Numbered from the stretch's first letter, positions 38,606 to 48,450 are shown. The stretch: DNA of 64,000 bases from an uncultured Chloroflexia bacterium (GCA_963720505.1 CAVRFT010000003.1:863997-927996); one strand, 5' to 3'. Notes: generated from the sequence alone by a model not told the origin. A program made the numbers and translations.

Positions 38606-39130
38606 CTACGAGCTGAGCGCTGGCGCGACGCGGCTGATCTGCACCTTCTCCACGTCATCCTCGGACGACAAACGCCAGACGGCATCAAGGCCCTCGTTGG
38701 CCAGCGACGGCAGGGATTGGACCATCCACCGCTGCTGCCGGCGAATGGCGGCCGCCGGCCGCGGGCTCTCGCGCTCGAGGTTGCGGCCCAGGCAGACGTC
38801 CAGCGGCAGGTCGAAGACGATGGCGTGTGCCGGCCGCCGCGCGCGCCGCGCAATCGAGAGCAGCTTCTCGCGCGCCCAGCCTTCCACGTTCGTGGCGTCG
38901 ACCACGGCAAGGCGGCGCAGGGAAAGGCGCATGGCCACGGCGGTGTGCAGCAGCTCGAAGGCGGCGTCCGTGGCGGCCTGATCCATCGGGTCGTCGGCCA
39001 CCATGGCGCGCATGGCGTCGGAGGAGAGCACCTCGGTTGGCGCGAAGTGACGGGCGGCGAAGGTGCTCTTGCCCGCCCCGCTGGGCCCCACCAGCAGGAC
39101 CAGTGCGTCCGGCGGCAGGGCGATGATCAT
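38606..39130 (-). CDS. P-loop NTPase / AAA_33-like kinase (polynucleotide-kinase-like).
   Basis: Walker A LLVGPSGAGKST. Walker B-like VVDATN. ATGA overlap with the upstream SRAP gene. Confidence 0.7.
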   Translation of the reverse strand: MIIALPPDALVLLVGPSGAGKSTFAARHFAPTEVLSSDAMRAMVADDPMDQAATDAAFELLHTAVAMRLSLRRLAVVDATNVEGWAREKLLSIARRARRPAHAIVFDLPLDVCLGRNLERESPRPAAAIRRQQRWMVQSLPSLANEGLDAVWRLSSEDDVEKVQISRVAPALSS

Positions 39131-39837
39131 CCCGCCGCGTCGCCCCAGCGGGTGAGCGGCAGCAGCAGCTCGGCGCCGCTGCTGCGGACGTTGTTGACCG
39201 CTGGCGAGACGGGGTAGAGGAGCAGCTCCCCGGCCGGATAAGGGCGCAGCAGCGCTCGCAGCTCGGCCAGCCGGGCTCCCTCGTCCAGCCAGGTGTCCCA
39301 GTCGCCGGGGTCCAGCACGATCGGCATGCGGTCGTGGACAGTGGCGACCAGCCCATTGGGAGGGCCGGTGACGATGGCCAGGCTGTACAGCCGCTCGGCG
39401 GTCTCCCGGTTGCGCCAGACGGCCCAGATCCCGGCGAAGGCGAGTGCCTCCCCGGTGCGGCGCCGAATGGCGAACGGCTCCGAGCGCACGATCCGGTTCG
39501 TCTCCGGGTCGCGGTGGCGGCGCCACTCGTAGAACGCCTCGGCCGGCACGATGCAGCGCCGCTTGGCGAACGAGGTGCGGAATGCCGGCGCGGTCTCGAC
39601 CGTCTCGGCGCGGGCGTTGATCAGCGGCGAGCGGGACTTGGGGCCCTCGGCGAAGAACGGGACCAGGCCCCAGCGAAAGGTGTCGACCACTCGCTCGCCG
39701 TGGTGCTCGACCACGGCCGCCACCGGGTCGGTGGGGGCCACGTTGAAGCGGTCGCCGGGCAGGTCGCTGACTGCCGTCGCGCGGAAGATCCGCGCCAGCT
39801 CGTCAGGTGATCGCGGTTGGGCAAAGCGGCCGCACAC
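39127..39837 (-). CDS. SOS-response-associated peptidase (SRAP / YedK / DUF159), an abasic-site-binding protein.
   Basis: Starts MCGRF, with the catalytic Cys2. Conserved INARAET and WRNRETAERLYSLAIVTGPPN blocks. Confidence 0.85.
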   Translation of the reverse strand: MCGRFAQPRSPDELARIFRATAVSDLPGDRFNVAPTDPVAAVVEHHGERVVDTFRWGLVPFFAEGPKSRSPLINARAETVETAPAFRTSFAKRRCIVPAEAFYEWRRHRDPETNRIVRSEPFAIRRRTGEALAFAGIWAVWRNRETAERLYSLAIVTGPPNGLVATVHDRMPIVLDPGDWDTWLDEGARLAELRALLRPYPAGELLLYPVSPAVNNVRSSGAELLLPLTRWGDAAG

Positions 39838-39857
39838 GGGGGCCGCTCAGGCTCCGG

Positions 39858-40049
39858 TCAGGCCTCGGATGCGGCGCATTCCGGGCACATGGCGGCATCC
39901 GGAATGGGGGGCTGGGGCGAACCGGTGGCGCGCGGCAGGGTCTTGCCGCAAACGGTGAATTCAGGATCTCGCTGCAGGTGCACCTTGGAGAACTGCCGAT
40001 CCGGCAGGCGCCAGGTGACGTAGCGGCGTTCGTTGACAGACGTGGCCAT
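39858..40049 (-). CDS. Small hypothetical protein (Cys/His-containing), the first gene of the SRAP operon.
   Basis: 63-aa ORF with CGK...CPEC, 20 bp upstream of the SRAP gene. The start is uncertain. Confidence 0.35.
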   Translation of the reverse strand: MATSVNERRYVTWRLPDRQFSKVHLQRDPEFTVCGKTLPRATGSPQPPIPDAAMCPECAASEA

Positions 40050-40174
40050 CGTGCTCCTCGGAGTTGTCGCGGCAAGCCGCGCTCATGGGGGCGAATAGTA
40101 TGCCTCAAAACGGCCCAAAACGCCAGCAGCCAAGCGGTGGCAAGGGCTCGACGGGCGCGGCATCATGGAGGGGC

Positions 40175-41347
40175 ATGGCGCACATCGGGATCCTGACCGG
40201 GGGCGGCGACGTGCCAGGCCTGAACTCGGTCATCAAGAGCGTCACCTATCGGTCCTCCGAGCTCGGCTGGTCGGTGTCCGGCATCCGGCGCGGCTGGCAG
40301 GGCCTCACCCACCTGGCGCCCGGCACCACCGACCCGCAGTACGTGCGACCCCTGGATCGGGCGGGCACACGAGCCATCGACCGCACTGGCGGGACGGTGC
40401 TGCACACGTCGCGCACCAACCCGGCCCACATGCCGGAGGCCAGCCTGCCGGAGCACCTGTCCGCGGACGATCGCGCTCGCCTGCGGACGGATGACGGCTA
40501 CTACGACCTCACCCCCATCGTGCTGCGCAACCTGGAGGCGCTGGGCCTGACCCACCTGGTGGCCATCGGCGGTGACGACACGCTGAGCTACGCCGCCCGC
40601 CTGGGACGGGAAGGGATCCCGCTGGTCGCCATCCCCAAGACGATGGACAACGACGTGTGGGGCACCGAGTACTGCATCGGCTTCTCCACCGCCGTCACCC
40701 GGGCCAAGGAGCTGATCAACCGGCAGCGCACCACGCTGGGCAGCCACGAGCGCATCGGCGTCTTCCGCATCTTCGGCCGCAATGCCGGCTACAGCGCGTG
40801 GTACGCCGCCTACGTGACCAGCAGCCGCTGCGTCATCCCGGAGGCGCCGTTCGAGCTGCAGAGCCTGGCCGACCTGCTGATGGACGATCGACGCCTGAAT
40901 CCCAGCGGCTATGCGCTGGTGATCGCCTCGGAAGGCGCGACCTGGTCGGGCGCCCGCCTGCAGGAGTACGGCGAGGCCGACGCTTATGGCCACCGGCGCA
41001 AGGCCGATGTGGGCTTCGCTTTGGCGGAGGAGCTCCACGCCATGACCGGCGTGGAGACGGTGCACTCCGACCTGACCTACGACCTGCGCAGTGGCGACCC
41101 CGATGCGCTGGACCAGATGGCGGCCACCACCTTCGCCAACATCGCGGTCGAGCTGCTGGCCGATGGGGTCAGCGGTCGCATGGTGGCGATCCACGGCGGC
41201 AAGTACAGCCACGCCGCCCTGCCCGACCCGGCACTCGGCTCGCGCCGGCTGGACGTCGAGAGCATGTACAACCTGGAGCGCCTGCGGCCGCGCTACGACA
41301 ACCGGCTGGGCATGCCACTCCTGCTGGGGCGGTCGCTACCCGACTGA
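40175..41347 (+). CDS. pfkA: 6-phosphofructokinase.
   Basis: GILTGGGDVPGLNSVI, IGGDDTLSYA, PKTMDNDV motifs. Confidence 0.85.
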   Translation: MAHIGILTGGGDVPGLNSVIKSVTYRSSELGWSVSGIRRGWQGLTHLAPGTTDPQYVRPLDRAGTRAIDRTGGTVLHTSRTNPAHMPEASLPEHLSADDRARLRTDDGYYDLTPIVLRNLEALGLTHLVAIGGDDTLSYAARLGREGIPLVAIPKTMDNDVWGTEYCIGFSTAVTRAKELINRQRTTLGSHERIGVFRIFGRNAGYSAWYAAYVTSSRCVIPEAPFELQSLADLLMDDRRLNPSGYALVIASEGATWSGARLQEYGEADAYGHRRKADVGFALAEELHAMTGVETVHSDLTYDLRSGDPDALDQMAATTFANIAVELLADGVSGRMVAIHGGKYSHAALPDPALGSRRLDVESMYNLERLRPRYDNRLGMPLLLGRSLPD

Positions 41348-41430
41348 CCGATGCGCCCGCTCAGTCCTCGGGCGGGCTGCCCTCCAGGCTCAGCCCCGGC
41401 GCCGCACGGTCTGCATCTGCTGGTCCCTGC

Positions 41431-42183
41431 CTAGTGCCCAGGCCCGGCGGCGCGACCGCGGTGGTCACGAGCGGCGGCCACGAAGGCGCTCCACAGCCGC
41501 TCGAACACCTCTGGCGACGACTCGGTCCGCTCGGGGTGGCACTGCACGCCCACCAGCCAGCGATCCGGATCGCGCGCCTCCAGCCCTTCGACCAGCGTCG
41601 TCCCGTCGTGATCGGCGAGGGCGTTGGCGACCAGGCCCGAGGCGATTCGGTCGGGCGTCACCGCCTGGTGGTGATACGAGTTGACGACCAGCGCCTGCGG
41701 CTCACCGACGATGCCGGCCAGGCGCGTGCCGTCGTGGATGGCGACCGCGTGCTGCGTGACGCCAGGGCTGGGGTACGGCTCGCTCTCGTGACCGGCGACG
41801 TGCTGCAGCAGCGTCCCCCCGCTGAAGACGTTGATGGCCTGCAGCCCGCGGCAGACGCCGAGCACCGGCACGCGGCGTTTCTGCGCCGCGGCGAAGGCCA
41901 CGGCGTCGATCTCGTCGCGTCCCGGCTCCGGCGCATGGGAGCCGGCGACGGCTTCTCCGTAGCGCGCGGGATCGATGTCCGCGCCGCCGCTGATCAGGAG
42001 GCCGTCCATGTCGGCCAGCGCAGTGCGGCGTGCAGCGTCATCGGTTGATTCGTCGAGCGCGATCGGCTCACCACCGGCTCGGGCCACCGACTCGAGGTAG
42101 CGCTCGTTCTTCAGGCGAGCCACGGCCGGATCCGACGCCCGTTCCGGGCTTGACAGGGTCACGACGATGCGCGGCCGCTCCAC
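41431..42183 (-). CDS. Class-I glutamine amidotransferase-like gamma-glutamyl hydrolase (PuuD/peptidase C26 family).
   Basis: GVCRGLQ (Cys nucleophile) and VQCHPE (His). Confidence 0.8.
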   Translation of the reverse strand: MERPRIVVTLSSPERASDPAVARLKNERYLESVARAGGEPIALDESTDDAARRTALADMDGLLISGGADIDPARYGEAVAGSHAPEPGRDEIDAVAFAAAQKRRVPVLGVCRGLQAINVFSGGTLLQHVAGHESEPYPSPGVTQHAVAIHDGTRLAGIVGEPQALVVNSYHHQAVTPDRIASGLVANALADHDGTTLVEGLEARDPDRWLVGVQCHPERTESSPEVFERLWSAFVAAARDHRGRAAGPGH

Positions 42184-42259
42184 GCATGCATCCTACGCGG
42201 TCGCCGATGTCCCGGGCCGACCGGGACGCCTGCCCCTTGACGCCGGTCCCGGGCGGGCG

Positions 42260-42293
42260 TATATCGTTGTCAGATATATCGTCAACCGATATA
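42260..42293. promoter_or_regulatory. AT-rich operator-like element in the GATase/PadR divergent promoter: TATATCG direct repeat plus palindrome TATATCG-TCAAC-CGATATA.
   Basis: Read directly. It sits 15-50 bp upstream of the PadR GTG start (42308). Confidence 0.55.
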
Positions 42294-42307
42294 GAAGGGA
42301 TTGGCGT

Positions 42308-42646
42308 GTGACCGACGAAGGATCCGGGGCCGAGCTGGGGCGGTACGCTGAACCGGCCGTGCTGGTGCTCGCCAGCCTGTCGGACGGGCCGAAGCACGGG
42401 TACGCGATCATGGCCGATGTCGAGGCCTTCAGCGGGCTGCGGATGGGTCCCGGCACCCTGTACGCGGTCCTCGCCCGCCTGGAGCGGGCCGGCCTGGTGG
42501 ATCCGCTGCCCGCCGAGGATCGGCGACGGCCGTACCGGCTCACGGCCGCTGGCAGCGCTGCGCTGGCCGCGCGGCTGGAGGAGATGGCCAGCTTCGTGCG
42601 CGTGGGGCGCGCTCGGCTGCGCCATCCGGATCGAGGCCAGGCATGA
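42308..42646 (+). CDS. PadR family transcriptional regulator.
   Basis: LVLASLSDGPKHGYAIMADVEAFSGLRMGPGTLYAVLARLERAGLV. Confidence 0.8.
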   Translation: MTDEGSGAELGRYAEPAVLVLASLSDGPKHGYAIMADVEAFSGLRMGPGTLYAVLARLERAGLVDPLPAEDRRRPYRLTAAGSAALAARLEEMASFVRVGRARLRHPDRGQA

Positions 42647-43533
42647 CCCGGCCGCCGCTCATGCACCGGCTGGTGGTCGGCGCCTATCCGCGACGCTGGC
42701 GCGAGCGCTATGCCGACGAGCTGCTGCAGGTCCTGGCCGACCGCGGATCGGGCTGGCGCGATCTGCCCAACCTGGCCGGCGGGGTCATGGATGCGTGGCT
42801 GAACCCTCGGCTGTGGCCGGCGGCCAGCCACACACGCTTGCCAGCGGCCACGCCGGGTCCTGTGGCGGTCGCGTCGGTGCCAACCGTGCTGGCGGCCGTG
42901 CCGGCGGCTCCGCCGTTCGGCGTGGTTGCCACCACGCCGCCAGCCGGTGAGCTGAGCCGGCGCCGCTTCCTGCGCCGCATGCTCGGCGCCGGGATCGGCC
43001 TGCTCCTGCTCGAGTTCGGCGCAGGCACGATCAGCTTCCTGTGGCCGCAGATCCGCGAGGGCCTGGGGGCGAAGTTCAAGGTCGGCACCATCGATTCGGT
43101 CCTGGCCGCGGAGCCTCGCTTCGCCAACGGCTGGCCCTACGCCTACGGCCCGGCGCGCGTCTTTCTGGTCAACGTGCCCGCGGCCAAGGAGCTGGCCATG
43201 GGAAACCAGGTCTCCATGCCGAACCCTTCCGCCACCGAGCTGCTGGCGCTGTGGCGCAAGTGCCCGCACCTGGGATGCCTGGTGCCGGCGCCCTGCGAGT
43301 CGGTGACCCGCTACCAGTGCCGCTGCCACCAGAGCACGTACAACATCCTGGGCGAGAAGATGTTCAAGGGTCCGGCCGAGCGCGGCCTCGATCGCTTCGC
43401 CGTCATGATCGAGGACGACGGCATGATCGTGATCGACACGGCCCAGTACACGCAGGGACCGCCGAACCGGGGGCCCGACCACCTCAGCTTCACCGACCCC
43501 CATCCGTGGGACGCAACCTGCGGTTTGGAATGA
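42643..43533 (+). CDS. Rieske (2Fe-2S) domain protein with an N-terminal PadR-associated domain and a Tat/TM segment.
   Basis: CPHLGC...CRCHQS Rieske ligands. RRRFLRRMLGAGIGLLLL Tat-like anchor. ATGA overlap with the PadR gene. Confidence 0.75.
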   Translation: MTRPPLMHRLVVGAYPRRWRERYADELLQVLADRGSGWRDLPNLAGGVMDAWLNPRLWPAASHTRLPAATPGPVAVASVPTVLAAVPAAPPFGVVATTPPAGELSRRRFLRRMLGAGIGLLLLEFGAGTISFLWPQIREGLGAKFKVGTIDSVLAAEPRFANGWPYAYGPARVFLVNVPAAKELAMGNQVSMPNPSATELLALWRKCPHLGCLVPAPCESVTRYQCRCHQSTYNILGEKMFKGPAERGLDRFAVMIEDDGMIVIDTAQYTQGPPNRGPDHLSFTDPHPWDATCGLE

Positions 43534-43534
43534 C

Positions 43535-44095
43535 ATGAATCGATCGGTGGTTGGCCTGGCGACGCTCACCTTCCTCGCGGGCTGCCAGGCCGGCCCCTCT
43601 GCCGACCTTCCAACTCATCCGCCGGTCCCGGCAGGATGGACAGCGGTCGAGAAAGCTGGCCTGCGCATGGCGCTACCGCCGGAATGGCCAGTGAAGTCTG
43701 GACAGGACGACGGCATCGTCGTTGACGTCGGCGTCGGCGACCCGAACGTGTTTCTCCTGGCGCAGGCTCCGGCCAACGTCGAGCCGCAGCCGGGACCCTC
43801 CGCTAGCGCGGCGGAGCTCACGGATTGGATCCTGGACCGCGTCTCGACCAGGCGGCCGGACCGCTACACCAGCGCAAACGCCCTTCTGCCCGCCGGGCCG
43901 GCCGTTGTGGTCCGCTATCGCTTCGACGGCGAGGCTGGCAGCTTCGAAGCCGTCGAGGGCGTCGGTTGGGCAATCACAAGCCCACTCGGCGTCGCGTACC
44001 TGCAGATCAATATGTCGGAATCGTTGCTCGCCGAATTCGAGGAAGCGATGGCCGAGGTGCCTTTCCATCTATCGCTGGCTGGCGGCACCGGCTAG
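43535..44095 (+). CDS. Hypothetical lipoprotein.
   Basis: Signal plus lipobox LTFLAGC. Confidence 0.6.
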   Translation: MNRSVVGLATLTFLAGCQAGPSADLPTHPPVPAGWTAVEKAGLRMALPPEWPVKSGQDDGIVVDVGVGDPNVFLLAQAPANVEPQPGPSASAAELTDWILDRVSTRRPDRYTSANALLPAGPAVVVRYRFDGEAGSFEAVEGVGWAITSPLGVAYLQINMSESLLAEFEEAMAEVPFHLSLAGGTG

Positions 44096-45286
44096 TCAGA
44101 CCACGTTCAATTCGCGAATTGGCTCGTTGGCGAGGACGCGCTCGAAGCCGAGTTGGCTCAGGTCCAGTGTCTCGTAGCGGCCGGTGGCGATCCATTCGGC
44201 CAGGCCGCGCCCGACCGCCGGAGCCTGCTGCAGGCCATGCCCGGAGAAGCCGTTGGCGAACAGGAAGCCCGGCAGGTCCGGGTGCGGACCGATGACGGCG
44301 TTGTGGTCGAGCGTATTGACCTCGTAGTGGCCCGCCCAGGCATCGAGCAGGCGGACCGATTCGAAGGCGGGCACGCGCCGAGCCAGCTCCGGCCAGACGA
44401 AGTCGTCGAATCGCGACCGATCAACCTCCAGGTCCAGCGTGTCGGGGTCGTCCTGTCCCTCGCGCGGCGAGTAGCCGCAGATCCACGACTCGCCCTCCGG
44501 TCGGAAGTAGACGCCCGACGGAGCGATAGTCAGCGGCGCCAGGCCCAGCCGCTCCCGGCAGTCGAAGTGGTAGACGAAGCGCTTGCGCGGCCGCACCGGA
44601 AGCTCCGCGCCGACCATGGCGGCCACGCTCGCCGCGCGGGGGCCGGCGGCATTGACCACCAGCGCGGTGGCGATCCGACGTCCATCGGCCAGACGCACGC
44701 CGCTGATGGCCGTTCCGTCGCGCTCGATCGCCTCGACTTCCCCTGCCACGTACTCCACTCCCAGCGAGCGGGCCTTGCGCCGGAACGCCTGGAGCAGGGC
44801 ATAGGCGTCGAACCAGCCCTCATCGGCCAGGCCCAGGGAGCCTCCGGCCAGGTCATCGGTGCGCATCCAGGGAAAGCGCGCCTGCAGCTCGGTCGGATCG
44901 AGCAACGCGACCTGCACGTTGTGCTCGCGCTGCACGGCGTGGTTGTGTCGAAGGACCGGAAGCCCCGCCTCCGTGGCAAGGAACAGGTAGCCGCCCTCGA
45001 CGAAGTCGATCTCCGGCGACGGGGCGCCGTCAACGCCCAGCCATCGGTCCAGGTCCTTGATCAGCCCGATCCCGAAACGGCTGATCTCGATGTTCAATGG
45101 CGTGCTGAACTGCAGCCGGATGGAGGCGGCCGACAGGGTCGTGGACGACGTGCGGTAGGTCAGGTCGCGCTCCACCACCACGATCCGGCCGTGCCAGTCC
45201 GGGCGCAGGGCCAGGAATGTGGCGACCGAGCTGCCGACGATGGCGCCGCCGACGATGACGACGTCGGCGCGGTCGAAAGAGTCCAC
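44096..45286 (-). CDS. FAD-dependent oxidoreductase (DAO family; glycine/sarcosine-oxidase-like).
   Basis: N-terminal VVIVGGAIVGSSVA Rossmann motif. 396 aa. Confidence 0.8.
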   Translation of the reverse strand: MDSFDRADVVIVGGAIVGSSVATFLALRPDWHGRIVVVERDLTYRTSSTTLSAASIRLQFSTPLNIEISRFGIGLIKDLDRWLGVDGAPSPEIDFVEGGYLFLATEAGLPVLRHNHAVQREHNVQVALLDPTELQARFPWMRTDDLAGGSLGLADEGWFDAYALLQAFRRKARSLGVEYVAGEVEAIERDGTAISGVRLADGRRIATALVVNAAGPRAASVAAMVGAELPVRPRKRFVYHFDCRERLGLAPLTIAPSGVYFRPEGESWICGYSPREGQDDPDTLDLEVDRSRFDDFVWPELARRVPAFESVRLLDAWAGHYEVNTLDHNAVIGPHPDLPGFLFANGFSGHGLQQAPAVGRGLAEWIATGRYETLDLSQLGFERVLANEPIRELNVV

Positions 45287-45369
45287 GCGCGGATGCTAGC
45301 GGCGCCGGCCGGGTCTGCGCGTGCCCGGCCTTCCACCATCGCCGCGGCCAGCCTCTAGACTCTCGCCAG

Positions 45370-47054
45370 ATGGCCCCCCTGAAGCCCGTCATCCTCACCG
45401 TCGACGACGATGTTCCGGTCCTGCGCGCGATCGAGCGCGACCTGCGAGCGCGCTACGGCAAGGAGCACCGGGTGGTCGCCGCGTCATCCGGCGCGGAGGC
45501 GCTCGAGGCCGTCCGGCAGCTGACCGTGCGCGGCAGCGTGATCAGCCTGTTCGTCATCGACCAGCGGATGCCGTCGATGACCGGCATCGAATTCCTGGCG
45601 CAGGCGATCGAGCTGCAGCCGGATGCCAAGCGCGTGCTGCTGACCGCCTATGCCGATACCGATGTCGCCATCAGGGCGATCAACGAGATCCGGCTGGACC
45701 AGTACATCCTCAAGCCCTGGGACCCGCCGGAGGAGCGCCTCTATCCGGTCACGGACGACCTGCTGGCGGACTGGACCTCCACCTTCCGGCCGACGATCGA
45801 GGGGCTGCGTCTGCTGGCCGGCCGCTGGGCGCCGGGCGGCCACGTCATCCGCGACTACCTGACCCGCAACCAGGTTCCTTATCAGTGGATCGATCCGGAA
45901 GAGGACGAGGCAGGTCGCCGCGTGGCTGCCAGCCTGGTGGCGGCCCACCCGGAGATGGCGCCGATCGAGGCCTCGGTGCCGATCGTGATCTTTCCGGACG
46001 GCAGCGCCCTGCGGGACCCCGTCACGCGCGACATCGCGGAGCGCGTCGGGCTGCAGACGCGGGCGGCGCTGCCGTTCTACGACCTGGTCATCGTGGGTGG
46101 CGGCCCGGCCGGCCTGGCGGCGGCCGTCTACGGGGCCAGCGAGGGCCTCAAGACGATCCTGATCGAGCGCGAGGCGCCCGGCGGCCAGGCCGGCACCACC
46201 AGTCGCATCGAGAACTACCTGGGCTTCCCCGCCGGCCTGACCGGTAGCGACCTGGCCCGCCGCGCACTGGCGCAGGCCCGTCGTCTCGGCGCCGAGATCC
46301 TGTCCCCCAGGATGTGACCGGCATCCGGCGCGATGACCCCTATCGCGTGGTCACCCTGTCCGACGAGTCGGAGATCAGCTGCCAGACGGTGGTGGTAGCC
46401 ACGGGGGTCAGCTATCGACAGCTGGACCTGCCACGGGCCGCCGAGCTGGCGGGTGCCGGCATCTACTACGGCGCCGCGACCACCGAGGCCGTGCTGTACC
46501 GGGACGCGGAAGTGGGCGTGATGGGCGGCGGCAACTCGGCCGGGCAGGCGGCGGTGTACCTGTCGCGCTACGCCACGCGGGTGTTGCTCATCATTCGTGG
46601 TCCCGAGAACTCGGGGATGAGCCAGTACCTGATCGACCAGATGGCGGCGATCGAGAACATCGAAGTCCGCCTCAGCTCGTCCGTCACCGAGGTGCGTGGC
46701 GAAACGCACCTGACCGGCGCCACGCTCACCGGTCCGGAGGGCACTGAAGAACTGGAACTGGCGGCGCTCTTCATCTTCATCGGCCAACAGCCGCGCACCG
46801 AGTGGCTGGAAGGCACCGTCGAGCGCGACAACGGTGGCTTCGTTCTCACCGGCCAGAACCTGCTGGAAGTCGGCAAGCGCACGAACCCCATCGGCTGGGG
46901 ACTGAACCGCGAGCCGTTCCTGCTGGAGTCGAGCATGCCCGGCGTCTTCGTCGCCGGCGACGTGCGACATCGGTCCGTCAAGCGCATTGCCAGCGCGGTG
47001 GGCGAAGGCTCCATGGCCGTCCAGTTCGTGCACCAGTACCTGGCGACCCTCTAG
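45370..47054 (+). CDS. Response-regulator receiver domain fused to a glutaredoxin-like linker and a thioredoxin-reductase-fold flavoprotein lacking the CxxC redox centre. There is an apparent -1 frameshift in a C5 run at about 46300.
   Basis: REC domain: ILTVDDDVPVL...DQRMPSMTGIEF...LTAYAD. FAD motif DLVIVGGGPAGLAAAVYGA and GQAGTTSRIENYLGFP. The second Rossmann motif is GVMGGGNSAG. GAATTEA occupies the position of CATCDG. Junction ILSP/QDVTGIRRDD. Confidence 0.7.
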
Positions 47055-47067
47055 GCGGCATGGACCG

Positions 47068-48450
47068 ATGACCGTCGACGCGCTTCGCGCGGCTCCCCTC
47101 TTCACCGGCCTGTCCGATGCCGACCTGGAGCGCCTGGCGGCAACCGTCGAGCGGCAGAAGCTGGCGCCGGGCGAGCTGCTGCTGCGGGAAGGGGATCCGG
47201 GCGACGCCATGTTCGTGGTGGTCAGCGGCGAGCTGGAGGTCACCAAGCGGGCCGGGGCCACCGAGCAGCCGCTCGCCCGTGTCGGACCCGGGGCGATCCA
47301 GGGCGAGATCGCCGCATTGCAGGGCACCGAGCGCCAGGCATCGGTCCGGGCCGTGACCGACGTCGAGGTGCTCCGCATCCCGCGCGAGGGCCTGCTGGCG
47401 CTGCTGGACACCGGCCCCGATGCGGCGCTGGCCCTGGTGCGGACCGTGCTGGAGCGACTCCGCTCGCTGGAGCTGTTCGTCCGCCAGCGCGAAAAGCTGG
47501 CCGGGCTGGGAACGCTCGCCGCCGGTCTGGCGCACGAGCTGAACAACCCGGCGGCGGCCATCCGGCGCTCGGTGCAGCTGCTGGCGCAGGCGATCGCGGA
47601 GCGCGACAAGCTCCATCCGCCGCACGATCTGCTGGGCATCGAGCCGAACCCGGAATTGGTGCCCACCGAGCCGCTGGCGCGCGCCGACGCCGTGGACGAG
47701 CTGCTGGAGCTGGTCGGCGACTCCGAGGAGGCCGCCGCCCTGGTCGACGCGGGCTGGAGCGTGGATCAGCTGCGCAGCGCCTTCGCTGGCATGGACGCTG
47801 ATACCGCTCGCGACAGCGGTGCGTGGCTGGCGGCATCCGCCAAGATCGACGCGCTGCTCGGCGAGGTGGCCATGGCCGGCGAGCGGATCAGCGAGATCGT
47901 GGGAGCGGTCAAGAGCTACACGTACCTCGACCAGGCCCCGGTCCAGCGCATCGACGTCCGCAAGGGGCTCGACGACACGCTCGTCATCCTGCGCTCCAAG
48001 CTGCGTGGGGGCGTCGACGTGACGCGGCATTACGCGCCGGACCTGCCGGAGATCGAGGCCTATGGGTCGGAGCTGAACCAGGTGTGGACCAACCTGGTCG
48101 ACAACGCGACGGACGCCATGGACGGGCGCGGCGCGATCGATATCTACGCGGACCCCAGCGACGAGGGCGGCGTCCAGGTCCGCATCTGCGACACCGGCCC
48201 CGGCATCCCGGCCGACGTCCTGCCGCGCCTGTTCGAGCCGTTCTTCACCACCAAGGCGCCCGGCGTGGGGACCGGGCTTGGCCTGCACATCACGCATGCG
48301 GTCATCTCGCGCCACGGCGGCCGGATCGAGGTGGAGTCGACCATGGGCGAAGGGACCTGCTTCATCGTGACGCTACCGGCCAAGGTGGCCGCGCCCTCCG
48401 AGACGAGCGGTGGGGCGGAGCAGGACCCGGCCGCGACCGCACGGACGTGA
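47068..48450 (+). CDS. Sensor histidine kinase with an N-terminal cyclic-nucleotide-binding (Crp-like) domain.
   Basis: cNMP domain: LFTGLSDADLERL...GELLLREGDPGDAMFVVVSGELEV. H-box GLAHELNNP. HATPase domain: NLVDNATDAM, DTGPGIP, GTGLGLHI. 13 bp downstream of the REC-TrxR-like gene. Confidence 0.8.
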   Translation: MTVDALRAAPLFTGLSDADLERLAATVERQKLAPGELLLREGDPGDAMFVVVSGELEVTKRAGATEQPLARVGPGAIQGEIAALQGTERQASVRAVTDVEVLRIPREGLLALLDTGPDAALALVRTVLERLRSLELFVRQREKLAGLGTLAAGLAHELNNPAAAIRRSVQLLAQAIAERDKLHPPHDLLGIEPNPELVPTEPLARADAVDELLELVGDSEEAAALVDAGWSVDQLRSAFAGMDADTARDSGAWLAASAKIDALLGEVAMAGERISEIVGAVKSYTYLDQAPVQRIDVRKGLDDTLVILRSKLRGGVDVTRHYAPDLPEIEAYGSELNQVWTNLVDNATDAMDGRGAIDIYADPSDEGGVQVRICDTGPGIPADVLPRLFEPFFTTKAPGVGTGLGLHITHAVISRHGGRIEVESTMGEGTCFIVTLPAKVAAPSETSGGAEQDPAATART

